Counted from the stretch's first letter, positions 1 to 9,778 are shown. The stretch: DNA of 64,000 nt from an uncultured Methanosarcinales archaeon (GCA_964434475.1 CAYSVS010000002.1:7604-71603), one strand, 5' to 3'. Translations and numbers: made by a program. The notes: generated by a model from the sequence alone, not told the origin.

Positions 1-28
1 TAATATATTTCTTCAAGCTTAACGCTAT

Positions 29-439
29 ATGGATATTGTTGGGAACTTTGGTTATAGCGTTCATAACATGGTTATTGTATTATACAAAAGTGGAGTCAAA
101 AATATGAACTCAAAACAAGCGTCATGGTATACTGAATTCTGGGCAGAATTTTACGCAATAATAGGTTTTGCGATAGGATTGCTTGTATCAATAAACATTA
201 AAAATTCCGCGATGTTTTTGGTGGTGCTTTTGATATTCGGATTGTTAGCAGGAAGATTATTATACGGCATGAAAAGACATCCTATGTTTCCGTATTATCT
301 TATAGTCATGCTTACATTCATAGGATTCATTATAGGAAACTGGCTTTCTGGAAAAAGGGTAAATATTTTAGTTTCAACATTAACGTATTTTCTTACAGCA
401 ATATTAAGCTATCAGATCCATAAGAAAGGATATGTATGA
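29..439 (+). CDS. hypothetical small integral membrane protein (3-4 predicted TM helices)
   Basis: The 136-aa ORF contains strongly hydrophobic segments (FAIGLLVSI, FLVVLLIFGLLAG, LIVMLTFIGFIIG). Its stop overlaps the next gene's start (ATGA), which suggests an operon. No motifs recognised. Confidence 0.4.
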   Translation: MDIVGNFGYSVHNMVIVLYKSGVKNMNSKQASWYTEFWAEFYAIIGFAIGLLVSINIKNSAMFLVVLLIFGLLAGRLLYGMKRHPMFPYYLIVMLTFIGFIIGNWLSGKRVNILVSTLTYFLTAILSYQIHKKGYV

Positions 440-999
440 TAAAAAAGATAGTTGAATGTATTTGGAAAATTCCAGCGGATTCTAATATATACTATGTTGA
501 GGATATAAACGCAGCGATAGATACAGGCAACAGAAAAAATAGAGAGATGGTAAAGACATTCTTAAGCAAAATTGTTGATTTAGAAAAGATAGAGATAGTG
601 ATATTTACTCATCTTCATTATGACCACATAGGTAACTTTGATCTTTTTCCTAATGCTAAATTCTATGCAAGCAAAGAAGCTATAGGAGATATAGAAAAAG
701 ATAAACATGGAACAATACTAGACAAAGATATGGAGAAAAAGTTCAATATTGAACTGATAGAAATAAGCAACATAAAATTACCAGACAAATACGAGATAAT
801 CCGCACACCAGGACATACTCGCGGCTCAATATGCTTATGGGACAAAGAAAAACAGATTTTGTTTTCAGGAGATACTTTGCTTAATGAAGGCCATGGAAGA
901 ACAGACTTGCCGACAAGCGATAATGAAGAGATTCAAAAAACATTAGTCAAACTGATAAGCTATAATTTTAAAATATTGTGTCCAGGTCATGAATATTAG
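436..999 (+). CDS. metallo-beta-lactamase fold hydrolase
   Basis: The canonical MBL zinc-binding motif THLHYDHIGN (HxHxDH) is present. Downstream His and Asp residues (TPGHTRGS, SGDT, CPGHE) fit the MBL superfamily. Confidence 0.7.
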   Translation: MIKKIVECIWKIPADSNIYYVEDINAAIDTGNRKNREMVKTFLSKIVDLEKIEIVIFTHLHYDHIGNFDLFPNAKFYASKEAIGDIEKDKHGTILDKDMEKKFNIELIEISNIKLPDKYEIIRTPGHTRGSICLWDKEKQILFSGDTLLNEGHGRTDLPTSDNEEIQKTLVKLISYNFKILCPGHEY

Positions 1000-1049
1000 A
1001 ATATTTAAAAATAATAAGTTTTTTAAAAGAAACGCATTCTCATAAAAAT

Positions 1050-1337
1050 ATGGTCCCAGATATGGCAGAAGAACTAGAAATATTGGTAAACAGAAAACTA
1101 CCAGAAACAACACACGTACATGGTACTTTGAAAACCATAATCAGAGGAAACAGGGAATTGTATGAAAAAGATGCGATTACCAAAGAAGAAATAGTAGAAA
1201 CATATCAAAAAGTAAAGATGAGGATTGCGATGTATGTGCTTCCTGGAAAATATAGGAAACATATAAAACAATGGTTTGAAAACAAGCATGAAGAAAACAT
1301 TAGTTCACCTTTATCTATCGCTTATTATAACAGATAA
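1050..1337 (+). CDS. hypothetical protein
   Basis: A 95-aa ORF sits in an otherwise empty intergenic slot. No recognisable motif. Confidence 0.3.
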   Translation: MVPDMAEELEILVNRKLPETTHVHGTLKTIIRGNRELYEKDAITKEEIVETYQKVKMRIAMYVLPGKYRKHIKQWFENKHEENISSPLSIAYYNR

Positions 1338-1449
1338 ACAAATACATTTATATAGTTCTGGTCAAATAGAACATATTAGTATAAATTGATGAGGTAAAAA
1401 AAGAAAAAGCATTAATTGATTTTAATCGACTTTTTCTTGAATTGTTAAA

Positions 1450-2703
1450 ATGAATGAATTTAAAGAATTAGGAATAAATAAAGATATATTGAAAGCGATA
1501 AACGAACAAAATTTTGAAAGCCCGACAGAGATACAAAAAAAAACAATACCTATTGCATTAAAAGGCAAAGATATAATTGCAGGTTCAGCAACAGGAAGTG
1601 GAAAGACATTAGCTTTTGGCGCAGGAATACTGCACAATTGTGAAAAACAAGGAGTCATCCAATCTTTGATATTGACGCCAACCAGAGAATTAGCTGAACA
1701 GATAAGAAAAGAAATAAAGAAATTCTCAAAGTATAAACAATTAAGGATTTGTTCTGTTTATGGAGGGGTTTCAATTAACCCGCAGATGAACCAATTAAGG
1801 ACAGCAGATATTGTTGTCGGAACTCCAGGAAGAATATTGGATCACATTGGAAGAAGGACAATAGATTTAAAAAATGTAAAAGTGCTTGTTCTTGATGAAG
1901 CAGACAGAATGCTTGATATGGGTTTTATCGATGATGTCAAGATGATAATCAAAGAATGCCCTAAGAAAAGACAAACAATGATGTTTTCTGCTACAATACA
2001 CGGAGAATTAAGCAAAATAGCAAAACATTACATGAATGAACCTACAAAGGTCAGCGTAGAATCATATGTAGATCCAAAAAAATTAAAGCAAGTATATTAT
2101 GATGTTGACAAAAAAATAAAGTTTGCATTGCTCGTACATCTACTAAAAAAAGATAAATCCAACATATCTATGGTATTCTGCAATACGCAAAGAAACACAG
2201 ATTTTGTTGCAGACAATCTCGTCATCAACGGAATAGATGCTATAGCTATACATGGCGGATTATCACAGGCAAAAAGAGAGAAGATGCTTGAAAAGTTCCA
2301 TTCTAAGAAAGCGAATGTTTTAGTCTGTACAGATGTTGCTGCAAGAGGTTTAGACATAAAAGAAGTTTCACATGTATATAATTACGACATTCCAAACGAG
2401 AGCAAGCAATACATACACAGGATAGGAAGGACAGCAAGAGCTGGAAAAGAAGGTATGGCTATCAATCTTGTTGGTGAAAGAGATCACGATAATTTCTCAA
2501 GAGTGTTCAGGGATTTTGATATTAAAGTAAAAAAAGAAGAAAAGCCGTTTGTAGAAAGAGTGAAAATTAAAAGAACCCAACAGAGAAGGGACAGCAGAGG
2601 ATTCAATAGAAGACCAAGAAAAACATTCGGAAGAGGTTCATCACAAAGAGGTCCGCCAAGAAGAAATAGAACTTCAGGCAGAAGTAATAACAGAAGAAGA
2701 TAA
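1450..2703 (+). CDS. DEAD-box ATP-dependent RNA helicase with Arg-rich (RGG-like) C-terminal tail
   Basis: The DEAD-box motifs are all present: Q-motif region, motif I AGSATGSGKT, Ia PTRELAEQ, TPGR, motif II VLDEADRMLDMGF, motif III SAT and motif VI HRIGRTARAG. The C-terminus is an RRxxRGF/RGxxxRR low-complexity tail. Confidence 0.92.
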   Translation: MNEFKELGINKDILKAINEQNFESPTEIQKKTIPIALKGKDIIAGSATGSGKTLAFGAGILHNCEKQGVIQSLILTPTRELAEQIRKEIKKFSKYKQLRICSVYGGVSINPQMNQLRTADIVVGTPGRILDHIGRRTIDLKNVKVLVLDEADRMLDMGFIDDVKMIIKECPKKRQTMMFSATIHGELSKIAKHYMNEPTKVSVESYVDPKKLKQVYYDVDKKIKFALLVHLLKKDKSNISMVFCNTQRNTDFVADNLVINGIDAIAIHGGLSQAKREKMLEKFHSKKANVLVCTDVAARGLDIKEVSHVYNYDIPNESKQYIHRIGRTARAGKEGMAINLVGERDHDNFSRVFRDFDIKVKKEEKPFVERVKIKRTQQRRDSRGFNRRPRKTFGRGSSQRGPPRRNRTSGRSNNRRR

Positions 2704-2730
2704 ATATTGATAAAATAAAGCAAAGGAAAA

Positions 2731-3039
2731 TTATTCCAGCTTTACTCTTTCTGTTTCAAGCAGTTTTTTTATATCTTTCTTTATTCTGGACAATCTTTTT
2801 ATGGAATCCTCTAGTTTCAACTTAGCCTCTTCCTTATTCCATGTAGAATGTCCACCAGAAAGCCATATAAGATTTTCATTATATAATCTAAGATTATGCT
2901 GCAGCCTATACATTATGCCATTTGTCTGAAGTATTACGTGTTTATTTGCATGTTCTTTGCATATCTTGAAATATTCTTTTTCATCTCCTTTTTCCAATGC
3001 TTTCAATGCGTCTTTAAGGTATTTATGAAACAAACCCAT
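2731..3039 (-). CDS. hypothetical protein (approx. 102 aa)
   Basis: The ORF start was trimmed to the ATG at 3039, which is preceded by a GGAGGT Shine-Dalgarno-like sequence. The longer track ORF begins at a TTG. No recognisable domain. Confidence 0.4.
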   Translation of the reverse strand: MGLFHKYLKDALKALEKGDEKEYFKICKEHANKHVILQTNGIMYRLQHNLRLYNENLIWLSGGHSTWNKEEAKLKLEDSIKRLSRIKKDIKKLLETERVKLE

Positions 3040-3167
3040 TGCAATCAACCTCCTTGAATAATGCAAGAATAATGTCGACTTATTTAAAAATTTCTGAAAT
3101 AGCACTGGACACACTGGACAGGTGTGCGCGTAAGGTATATAAACATACTATTACAATTTAATCAGAT

Positions 3168-5381
3168 ATGCTAAAAGATTTTAAGCCAAGGCTGTACCAA
3201 GAGACTATTTTTGCTACTGCTGCGAACTATAATACATTAGTTGTACTGCCTACTGGAATGGGAAAAACAAGTGTAGCATTGATGCTTGCTGCACAAAGGC
3301 TTAAACAGTATCCTGATTCAAAGATTCTTATTCTTGCTCCAACAAAGCCATTAGTAGAGCAAATTATGCAGGTGTTCAAAGCAAAGACCAATCTTGATGA
3401 CAGTAAGATAGCTATGTTCACTGGCAGCATCAAACCAGAAAAAAGACAAGAGATGTGGAAAACACACCAGATAATTGCGAGTACTCCGCAAGGATTAGAA
3501 AATGATATAATAAGCAACAGGATAGACTTAAAAGATGTTAGCTTGATGGTTTTTGATGAATGTCATAGAGCAGTAAAAGACTACAGTTATGTATGGGTTG
3601 CAAAACAATACAACAATAAAGCAAGGTATCCAAGGATATTAGGATTAACAGCTTCTCCTGGAAGCGATTTAGAAATAATCAATGAGGTTTGTCAGAATCT
3701 ATTCATAGAAGAGATAGAGATTAGAACAGATAAGGATCCTGATGTAAGGCCATATATACAAGATGTAAAGCTTGACTGGATAAAAGTACAGCTGCCTTCA
3801 GCATTCAAGGATATACAAAAATTGTTGAAGGATTGCATAAGGACAAAAGTTAAAGACATAAAAAATCACGGTATAATAACCAATATATCTTCGCAGTCAT
3901 CAAAAAGAGATCTGCTAGGAATACAGGCGCAGTTAAGAAAAGAGATAAGCCAAGGCAAAAGTATTGAAGCACTATTATCTATCAGCCTGATGGCAGAGAT
4001 AATGAAAGTTCAGCATGGTTTAGAGTTGCTTGAGACACAAGGAATTTCTGCACTAAATACTTACATGGAAAAAATATATCAAGAGTCATTTACAACAAAA
4101 ACAAGAGCAACCAAGAATTTAGCAAGAGATCTAAATTTCAGAAGTGCGTTGATAAAGACAAAAACATTGTTCGAGAAAAATATTGAGCACCCTAAACTTA
4201 ATGAATTAAGAAACATAATAATAAATGAATACAAAAAAAACAAAGGTGTAAAAGTAATAGTATTTAATCAATACAGAGACAGTGCAAAAAGAATTGTTGA
4301 AGAGATGAATTCTATAGATAACATTAAAGCGAAACTGTTCGTAGGACAAGCTAAGAAGAACGGCTCAGGATTAAGCCAAAAAAAGCAGATAGAGATGTTA
4401 GAAGAGTTCAGGAATGATGAATTCAATGTTTTAGTAAGCTCAAGCGTAGGAGAAGAAGGATTGGATATTCCGCAGGTTGACATAGTTATATTTTTTGAGC
4501 CAATCCCTAGCGCTGTAAGAACAATCCAAAGAAGAGGAAGAACAGGAAGATTAGAAAAAGGAAGAGTGCTTATACTTATGGCACAGGGAACAAGAGATGA
4601 AGGGTATAGATGGAGTGCTCATCATAAAGAAAATAGAATGCATAGAAACCTAGAGTTGTTGAGAAATAATTTTAGAAGACAGAAACAGATCAATACTGTG
4701 AAAAAACAGACTAACCTAAATAAGTTTGTGTATGACAATGTAAAAGTATATGTAGATTATAGGGAGAAAGGAAACAAGATAATAAAAGATCTGATAGAAA
4801 AAGGGTGCGATATAAAGCTTGATAAATTAACCCATGGAGATTACATACTAAGCGATAGGTGTGCTGTTGAGTACAAGACAAAAGAGGATTTTGTCAATAG
4901 TTTACTAGACGGAAGGCTTTTTGAACAGATCAAAGAACTAAGAAATAATTTCTCAAGACCACTCATTCTTGTTGAAGGACAAGAAGACATTTATCAAGTA
5001 AAAAATATACATTCAAACGCGATAAGAGGATTGCTTGCTTCTCTAACAGTAGGTTATGGTATTCCTGTGATATTTACTAAAGACAATAAGGACAGCAGTG
5101 CTATGCTTGCGATGATAGCTAAAAGAGAGCAGCAGGAATCTGGAAAAAACTTCACGCCTCATGGAAGCAACAAGCCAAAAACATCAGAGCAGCAGCAAGA
5201 GTATCTAGTCAGTGCATTGCCAGGAATAGGATTAGGGTTGGCAAAGCCGTTATTAGAAGAGTTTAAAACAATAAAGAATATAGTCAATGCTGATGTTGAA
5301 CAATTGAAAAAAGTAGAGAAGATAGGAGAGCTGAAAGCAAAAGCGATAAAGGAACTGATCGAGAAAGAGTATAAGGATTAA
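3168..5381 (+). CDS. hef: Hef-type helicase-nuclease (SF2 DEAH helicase + ERCC4/XPF nuclease + HhH2)
   Basis: The N-terminus has a Walker A (LPTGMGKT), a DECH box, TAS and motif VI QRRGRTGR. The C-terminus has an ERCC4 nuclease signature (GDYILSDRCAVEYKTKED, i.e. the GDx…ERK motif) followed by a helix-hairpin-helix (LPGIGLGLAKPLLEEF). Archaeal Hef has the same architecture. Confidence 0.85.
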   Translation: MLKDFKPRLYQETIFATAANYNTLVVLPTGMGKTSVALMLAAQRLKQYPDSKILILAPTKPLVEQIMQVFKAKTNLDDSKIAMFTGSIKPEKRQEMWKTHQIIASTPQGLENDIISNRIDLKDVSLMVFDECHRAVKDYSYVWVAKQYNNKARYPRILGLTASPGSDLEIINEVCQNLFIEEIEIRTDKDPDVRPYIQDVKLDWIKVQLPSAFKDIQKLLKDCIRTKVKDIKNHGIITNISSQSSKRDLLGIQAQLRKEISQGKSIEALLSISLMAEIMKVQHGLELLETQGISALNTYMEKIYQESFTTKTRATKNLARDLNFRSALIKTKTLFEKNIEHPKLNELRNIIINEYKKNKGVKVIVFNQYRDSAKRIVEEMNSIDNIKAKLFVGQAKKNGSGLSQKKQIEMLEEFRNDEFNVLVSSSVGEEGLDIPQVDIVIFFEPIPSAVRTIQRRGRTGRLEKGRVLILMAQGTRDEGYRWSAHHKENRMHRNLELLRNNFRRQKQINTVKKQTNLNKFVYDNVKVYVDYREKGNKIIKDLIEKGCDIKLDKLTHGDYILSDRCAVEYKTKEDFVNSLLDGRLFEQIKELRNNFSRPLILVEGQEDIYQVKNIHSNAIRGLLASLTVGYGIPVIFTKDNKDSSAMLAMIAKREQQESGKNFTPHGSNKPKTSEQQQEYLVSALPGIGLGLAKPLLEEFKTIKNIVNADVEQLKKVEKIGELKAKAIKELIEKEYKD

Positions 5382-5388
5382 ATCAATC

Positions 5389-6159
5389 TCATCTCATAAA
5401 AGCCATCACCATGAACCTTCCATTTTTGGTTCCTTTTTCTATATGCTGTCTATAAGAAGGATAATGGGGAGATTCATATGTGCAAATATTGGATATTTCC
5501 ATGTTTTCTTCTCTAATGCCCAGTTCTAATAATCTATTAAAGTTAAGATTGACCATATCAAACCCAAAGCCTTGCTTGGATGTTAGTTTGATATTGTTAT
5601 TATCTGTCGATTCAATATCATAACTTCCTATCAAAAAATCCTTAATATAAGCACATTCTTTGAATGAAAGAGTAAGATGATTCAATCTATAATGTTCTCC
5701 ACAGATAGCCGGAGCCATGAACACCTTTAGACCAAAAGTGTAATTGCGTAATTTAGTATTTAGATATTTAGCTGAATTCCTTATGGTTTTTTCGAGAATG
5801 CCTTTTACAGAACCGTTTCTTCCAGAATGAACCAAAGAAAGAAAATTATATTGGGGATTGTGAAGAACATAAACAGGACAATCTCCAGGATCACATTCAA
5901 GTCCTATGTTGTGCAGATTTGTTACCAAAGCATCAACTTCAGGCCTTCTATCATTAATCTGACCAAGCCATCTGTCCTTATTCACATCATCAATAAATAA
6001 GATGCCTGTATCTTGTTTAGGGTTCATGCGTACAAAATTATCTTTTATGCCCTTGGGTTTAAGTATCTTGTTTCTGTTTTTCTCTACAGAATCAAGACAG
6101 TCAAATCTAGGGTCAACCTCGCCTTGTTTCAGTTCTGTAATGATCATTTCAAGTGACAT
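5389..6159 (-). CDS. YfiH/PgeF (DUF152) family protein, purine-nucleoside phosphorylase / laccase-domain fold
   Basis: The sequence carries the family's conserved blocks: ECDPGDCPVYVLHNP (the xADCxPV block), LVHSGRNGSVKGI (the HAGWRG block) and a C-terminal GRFMVMAF. The start was set at the first ATG (MSLEM…) because the track ORF begins at a TTG that overlaps the htpX stop. Confidence 0.55.
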   Translation of the reverse strand: MSLEMIITELKQGEVDPRFDCLDSVEKNRNKILKPKGIKDNFVRMNPKQDTGILFIDDVNKDRWLGQINDRRPEVDALVTNLHNIGLECDPGDCPVYVLHNPQYNFLSLVHSGRNGSVKGILEKTIRNSAKYLNTKLRNYTFGLKVFMAPAICGEHYRLNHLTLSFKECAYIKDFLIGSYDIESTDNNNIKLTSKQGFGFDMVNLNFNRLLELGIREENMEISNICTYESPHYPSYRQHIEKGTKNGRFMVMAFMR

Positions 6160-6212
6160 GGAAAAAAGCGAGAAGTAATTATTTAAAAAAATATATGAAA
6201 AAGAGAATATAA

Positions 6213-7058
6213 TCAAAAACGCATATCCTTAAGCTTATTTATCCTGTTTTCTATAGGAGGATGTGTGCTCATCAGATGGAGCATCCCTCTTGCACTAAAA
6301 GGGTTAACTATAAACAAGGAGCTTGTAGCTTCACTGCCTATCTTCATCGGCATAACTTTGCCTGCTGCATCGAGCTTTTCCAAAGCTTTGGCTAAACCGA
6401 AGGGATTATGCAATATCTTTGCTGCTGACTCATCTGCCAGATATTCTCTGCTTCTTGACAATGCCAATTGCAATAGCGCTGCTATTATTGGAGTGATTAT
6501 GGCTAAAGCAAGCAGTTCAAATCCTCTGCCATTGTCTCTGTCCCTTCCGCCGCCGAATATAGCAGCCCACCTTGCCATAAAAGCTAGATAAGATATTACT
6601 CCTGCAATAGTTGCAGCTATTGTCTGTATAAGAGTATCCCTATTTTTAATATGACTTAACTCATGTGCAATAACGCCTTTAAGCTCATCTTTTCCCAATA
6701 GATTCATTATTCCTGCTGTAACTGCCACAGCACTATTTTTTGGATTTCTGCCTGTTGCAAACGCATTAGGGTTTGAAGAAGGTATAAAATACACCTTGGG
6801 CATAGGAAGCTTTGCAAGATGTACAACTTCTTTCACTAACTTGTAGAGTTCAGGATTATCCTTTTCTTTTATTTCTTTGGCTTTGTACATTGCAAGCACT
6901 ATCTTGTCAGAGAACCAGTATGAGCCAAAATTCATCAGCAATGAAAATATCAATGCTATTGTCATTCCGCTAGGTCCTGCAAAGTAATAGCCTACTCCTA
7001 ATAATAGTCCAGTTAGCAATCCCAACAACAGAACTGATTTTAATTGGTTTTTTATCAT
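6213..7058 (-). CDS. htpX: HtpX-like M48 zinc metalloprotease (membrane)
   Basis: Two N-terminal TM helices are followed by the HExxH motif (HELSHIKNRD) and then two further TM helices. The topology and motif spacing are typical of HtpX. Confidence 0.85.
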   Translation of the reverse strand: MIKNQLKSVLLLGLLTGLLLGVGYYFAGPSGMTIALIFSLLMNFGSYWFSDKIVLAMYKAKEIKEKDNPELYKLVKEVVHLAKLPMPKVYFIPSSNPNAFATGRNPKNSAVAVTAGIMNLLGKDELKGVIAHELSHIKNRDTLIQTIAATIAGVISYLAFMARWAAIFGGGRDRDNGRGFELLALAIITPIIAALLQLALSRSREYLADESAAKILHNPFGLAKALEKLDAAGKVMPMKIGSEATSSLFIVNPFSARGMLHLMSTHPPIENRINKLKDMRF

Positions 7059-7165
7059 TTTAAAGTATATTATAGATAGCCATTTATAAATTTTTCACAT
7101 AAGTGTCTATCCCTTCCACTTGAGTAAGGTTTGTATGCTTGAATATGAACTCTCTTATCTTTGTG

Positions 7166-7435
7166 TTAACTAACACCTAATCTCTGCAGACCAGAGTTTA
7201 GTGTACCAAACAATTTCTTGCCTGTAGTATCAAAGTCAGTCAATATTATTACATCATCGCTTTGCTTTGCAGCATCTTCAACAACAGAGAATATTGGCTT
7301 ATTCAGTATAAGTATATCATTCTTTATGCCTATGTTTTTCAAAGCTATCCTATCATTTATTCCTTCAACGATTATCAATGCTTTAGACTCATTTATCCTG
7401 TCTATCCAATCATTGATCAAAGCAAGCTCATCCAT
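7166..7435 (-). CDS. small stand-alone Toprim-domain protein
   Basis: It has Toprim signatures: a conserved Glu (IIVEGINDRIAL) and a DxD (VIILTDFDTTGKK). The start was set at the ATG (MDELAL…) because the track ORF begins with TTG. The gene is divergent from the primase gene. Confidence 0.6.
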   Translation of the reverse strand: MDELALINDWIDRINESKALIIVEGINDRIALKNIGIKNDILILNKPIFSVVEDAAKQSDDVIILTDFDTTGKKLFGTLNSGLQRLGVS

Positions 7436-7489
7436 ATCTACACTACAATATAACAAAATATATAAAATTGCTGGAATAAGCATAAGATA

Positions 7490-8923
7490 ATGGCAGACTA
7501 TAAAGAAATTGATAAGAATATAGTATTAAAGCATTACTCTAAAAAAGAGGTCCAGGAAGAGATAGTTAGATGCAGCAAGGATAAGGAAGTTGTGGGAAGT
7601 TATGGAGGACATGGTTATGCAAAACGCCCAGATATAATTATGCATCCAAGTGACGTATTAGAACTGGTTAAAAAAGGGATTACAAGCTTCCACATGTCTG
7701 AAGAGATCTGGGAAAATCCTCTTGCGATAGACCCTATGATGAAGAAAAAAGAGATTGAAGAGCTAAAGAAAGGCTGGGATCTTATTTTGGATATTGACTG
7801 CCATTTTCTCGAATACAGCAAGTTTGCAGCCCATCTTCTCGTAGAAGCTTTAAAATATCACAGCATAGAAAGTGTAAGTGTCAAATTTTCAGGCAACCAC
7901 GGGTTCCACATAGGTGTGCCTTTTGAAGCGTTTCCAGAGGAGATAAATGATACAGAAACCAGAAAAATGTTTCCAGAAGCACCAAGGAGAATTGCAGCTT
8001 ACCTAAAAGAGATGATAAAAAATCCGCTCTCAGAAATGATAATGAAGCATGAAAACAACGATTTCTCTGAAATCATGAAAAAAACAGAAAAGACCGCAGA
8101 AGAGATAACAAGATACGAATACAATGAAATGGGCGATAAGATACCTAAACTGGATTCAGAACCTTTTCTCGAGATAGACACAATACTCATCTCATCAAGG
8201 CACCTTCTCAGGCATGTATATAGTTTCAATGAAAAATCTAAATTAGTAAGTATACCTATCAAGACAAACCAAATATTAACTTTTGATAAAAAGTCTGCAA
8301 TACCAGACAATATAAAAGATTTTTCGACCAAGTTTTTGGAAAGAGAGAAAGCAAAAGAAGGAGAGGCAAATAATTTATTTGTACAAGCTTTTGATTTCAA
8401 GCCGCAGATAGAAAATGAATACCAACAACTGGCTGAAAAAAGCAAAAAAGAATATCAGATTCCAGAAGAAGCTATTCCAGAAGAACTATTTCCTCCATGT
8501 ATCAAAAGGATTTTAGAAGGACTGCAGGATGGCAGAAAAAGATCTCTATTCATATTGATTAATTTCTTGACATGTGCAGGATGGAGTTATGAACAAATCG
8601 AACAAAGACTAAAGGAGTGGAACAAATGCAATGAAGAAGAATTAAGGGAAACCATACTTATGGGGCAGCTAAGATACAATAAACAGCAGAAAAAGAAAAT
8701 ACTGCCGCCCAACTGCCTTAATTCATATTATAAAGATCTGCAGATATGTTCACCAGACAACTTATGCAAAATGATTAAAAACCCCATACAATATTCAAGA
8801 AGAAAAACATATTATTCTGAAAAGAAAAACAATAAAAAAAAGAACAAAGCTGAAAAAAAAGAGAAAGACAACAAATCAAATAAATCAGAATCAAATAATA
8901 AAAAAGATAAAAAGCAAGATTAG
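7490..8923 (+). CDS. priSL: fused archaeo-eukaryotic primase: PriS catalytic domain + PriL-like Cys-rich C-terminal domain, Lys-rich tail
   Basis: The N-terminal half has AEP primase motif I (LILDIDCH, hhhDhD) and motif II (FSGNHGFHIGVP, sGxRGxH). The C-terminal half carries the PriL/Pri2-type 'FPPCIKRIL…GxRxxxLFILINFL' motif and clustered cysteines (LTCAGW, NKCNEE, PPNCLNSYYKDLQICSPDNLC), consistent with a 4Fe-4S PriL C-terminal domain. It ends in a K/N-rich low-complexity tail. Confidence 0.7.
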   Translation: MADYKEIDKNIVLKHYSKKEVQEEIVRCSKDKEVVGSYGGHGYAKRPDIIMHPSDVLELVKKGITSFHMSEEIWENPLAIDPMMKKKEIEELKKGWDLILDIDCHFLEYSKFAAHLLVEALKYHSIESVSVKFSGNHGFHIGVPFEAFPEEINDTETRKMFPEAPRRIAAYLKEMIKNPLSEMIMKHENNDFSEIMKKTEKTAEEITRYEYNEMGDKIPKLDSEPFLEIDTILISSRHLLRHVYSFNEKSKLVSIPIKTNQILTFDKKSAIPDNIKDFSTKFLEREKAKEGEANNLFVQAFDFKPQIENEYQQLAEKSKKEYQIPEEAIPEELFPPCIKRILEGLQDGRKRSLFILINFLTCAGWSYEQIEQRLKEWNKCNEEELRETILMGQLRYNKQQKKKILPPNCLNSYYKDLQICSPDNLCKMIKNPIQYSRRKTYYSEKKNNKKKNKAEKKEKDNKSNKSESNNKKDKKQD

Positions 8924-9597
8924 CTTGCTTTAAATGTTTTTATGTAAGTATCTAAAGTACTGCCAGCAGAATCTTGGAAAACAACTTTCAATGTTTTTGT
9001 TTCATCAATGTCATTAAAACTTTCTCCTATTTCCTGTACAGATTCATAAATCTCTCCTTCTTCTATCTTTCTCAAGCTTACTGTTTCCTGGACAGCGTTC
9101 TTTACTATATCACCATCGTTATCATCATATATGTAAATATTATAGGTGATGTACACTCCTGCCAATCCATTCTCTATCTTAAGATTGAAATTTTTCAATT
9201 TTCCCCAATCTGATTCCTCGTTCTTGATTACAGCATCTATATCACTTATTGTGAACTTTCTTCTTCCAGGCAATGCTGTAGGTGTTGATGAATCTTCAGG
9301 TTCTAAATCTGCAGCTGACTCAGAATCAGTCTCTGGTTCAACGACAGGTTCTAAATCTGCAGCAGTTTCGTTCGCTATTGAGTCTTCATCAGAAGATTCA
9401 GCAGTTATTTCCTCTACTGCCTGCTCTTCAGGTGTTTGAACAGTTTCAAGCTCAGTTTGAGTAGCTAATCCTGTCACATTTGATTCAGGCAAATCCACCC
9501 TTTGCCAAAATATAATACCTGATAATACTATGATAATCAGAACAAAAATCAGCCTTTCTAAATGTTTTGGCCTTAATCTTATTACAATCTCATCCAT
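8920..9597 (-). CDS. hypothetical membrane-anchored protein with acidic low-complexity linker
   Basis: An N-terminal TM (LIFVLIIIVLSGIIFW) is followed by an E/D/S/T-rich spacer (EPVVEPETDSESAADLEPEDSS) and a C-terminal globular region. No known motif. Confidence 0.45.
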   Translation of the reverse strand: MDEIVIRLRPKHLERLIFVLIIIVLSGIIFWQRVDLPESNVTGLATQTELETVQTPEEQAVEEITAESSDEDSIANETAADLEPVVEPETDSESAADLEPEDSSTPTALPGRRKFTISDIDAVIKNEESDWGKLKNFNLKIENGLAGVYITYNIYIYDDNDGDIVKNAVQETVSLRKIEEGEIYESVQEIGESFNDIDETKTLKVVFQDSAGSTLDTYIKTFKAS

Positions 9598-9756
9598 CTA
9601 TAAACCCTCCTTTGTTGTTTCTTGTTTGTTTTGATAAATACAATCCATATCTTAAGGCATTATAAACTAATTATTTATAAATGTTATCTGAATTAAAAAA
9701 ACCATAAGATTTATAAATAGTACAAAATTCCTCTGACAAAAAGAGAATGTGAAAGT

Positions 9757-9778
9757 AAGCATTTATGAATAAATGCTT
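9757..9778. promoter_or_regulatory. perfect 10-bp-arm palindrome in the leader/divergent promoter region of the ribosomal-protein operon
   Basis: AAGCATTTAT-GA-ATAAATGCTT lies about 100 nt upstream of the rpl3 ATG and downstream of a TTTATAAATAG TATA-like element at 9710-9720. Confidence 0.4.

Noticed and set aside
5389-6216. Full-length track ORF for the YfiH-like gene and similar long forms of 2731-3114, 7166-7483, 29576-30427, 39745-41097 and 42661-42945
   Set aside because: The track evidently accepts TTG or GTG as starts. In each case the longest form begins at a TTG overlapping the upstream gene or lacks a ribosome-binding site. An internal ATG with a purine-rich Shine-Dalgarno-like sequence or a conserved N-terminus was preferred.
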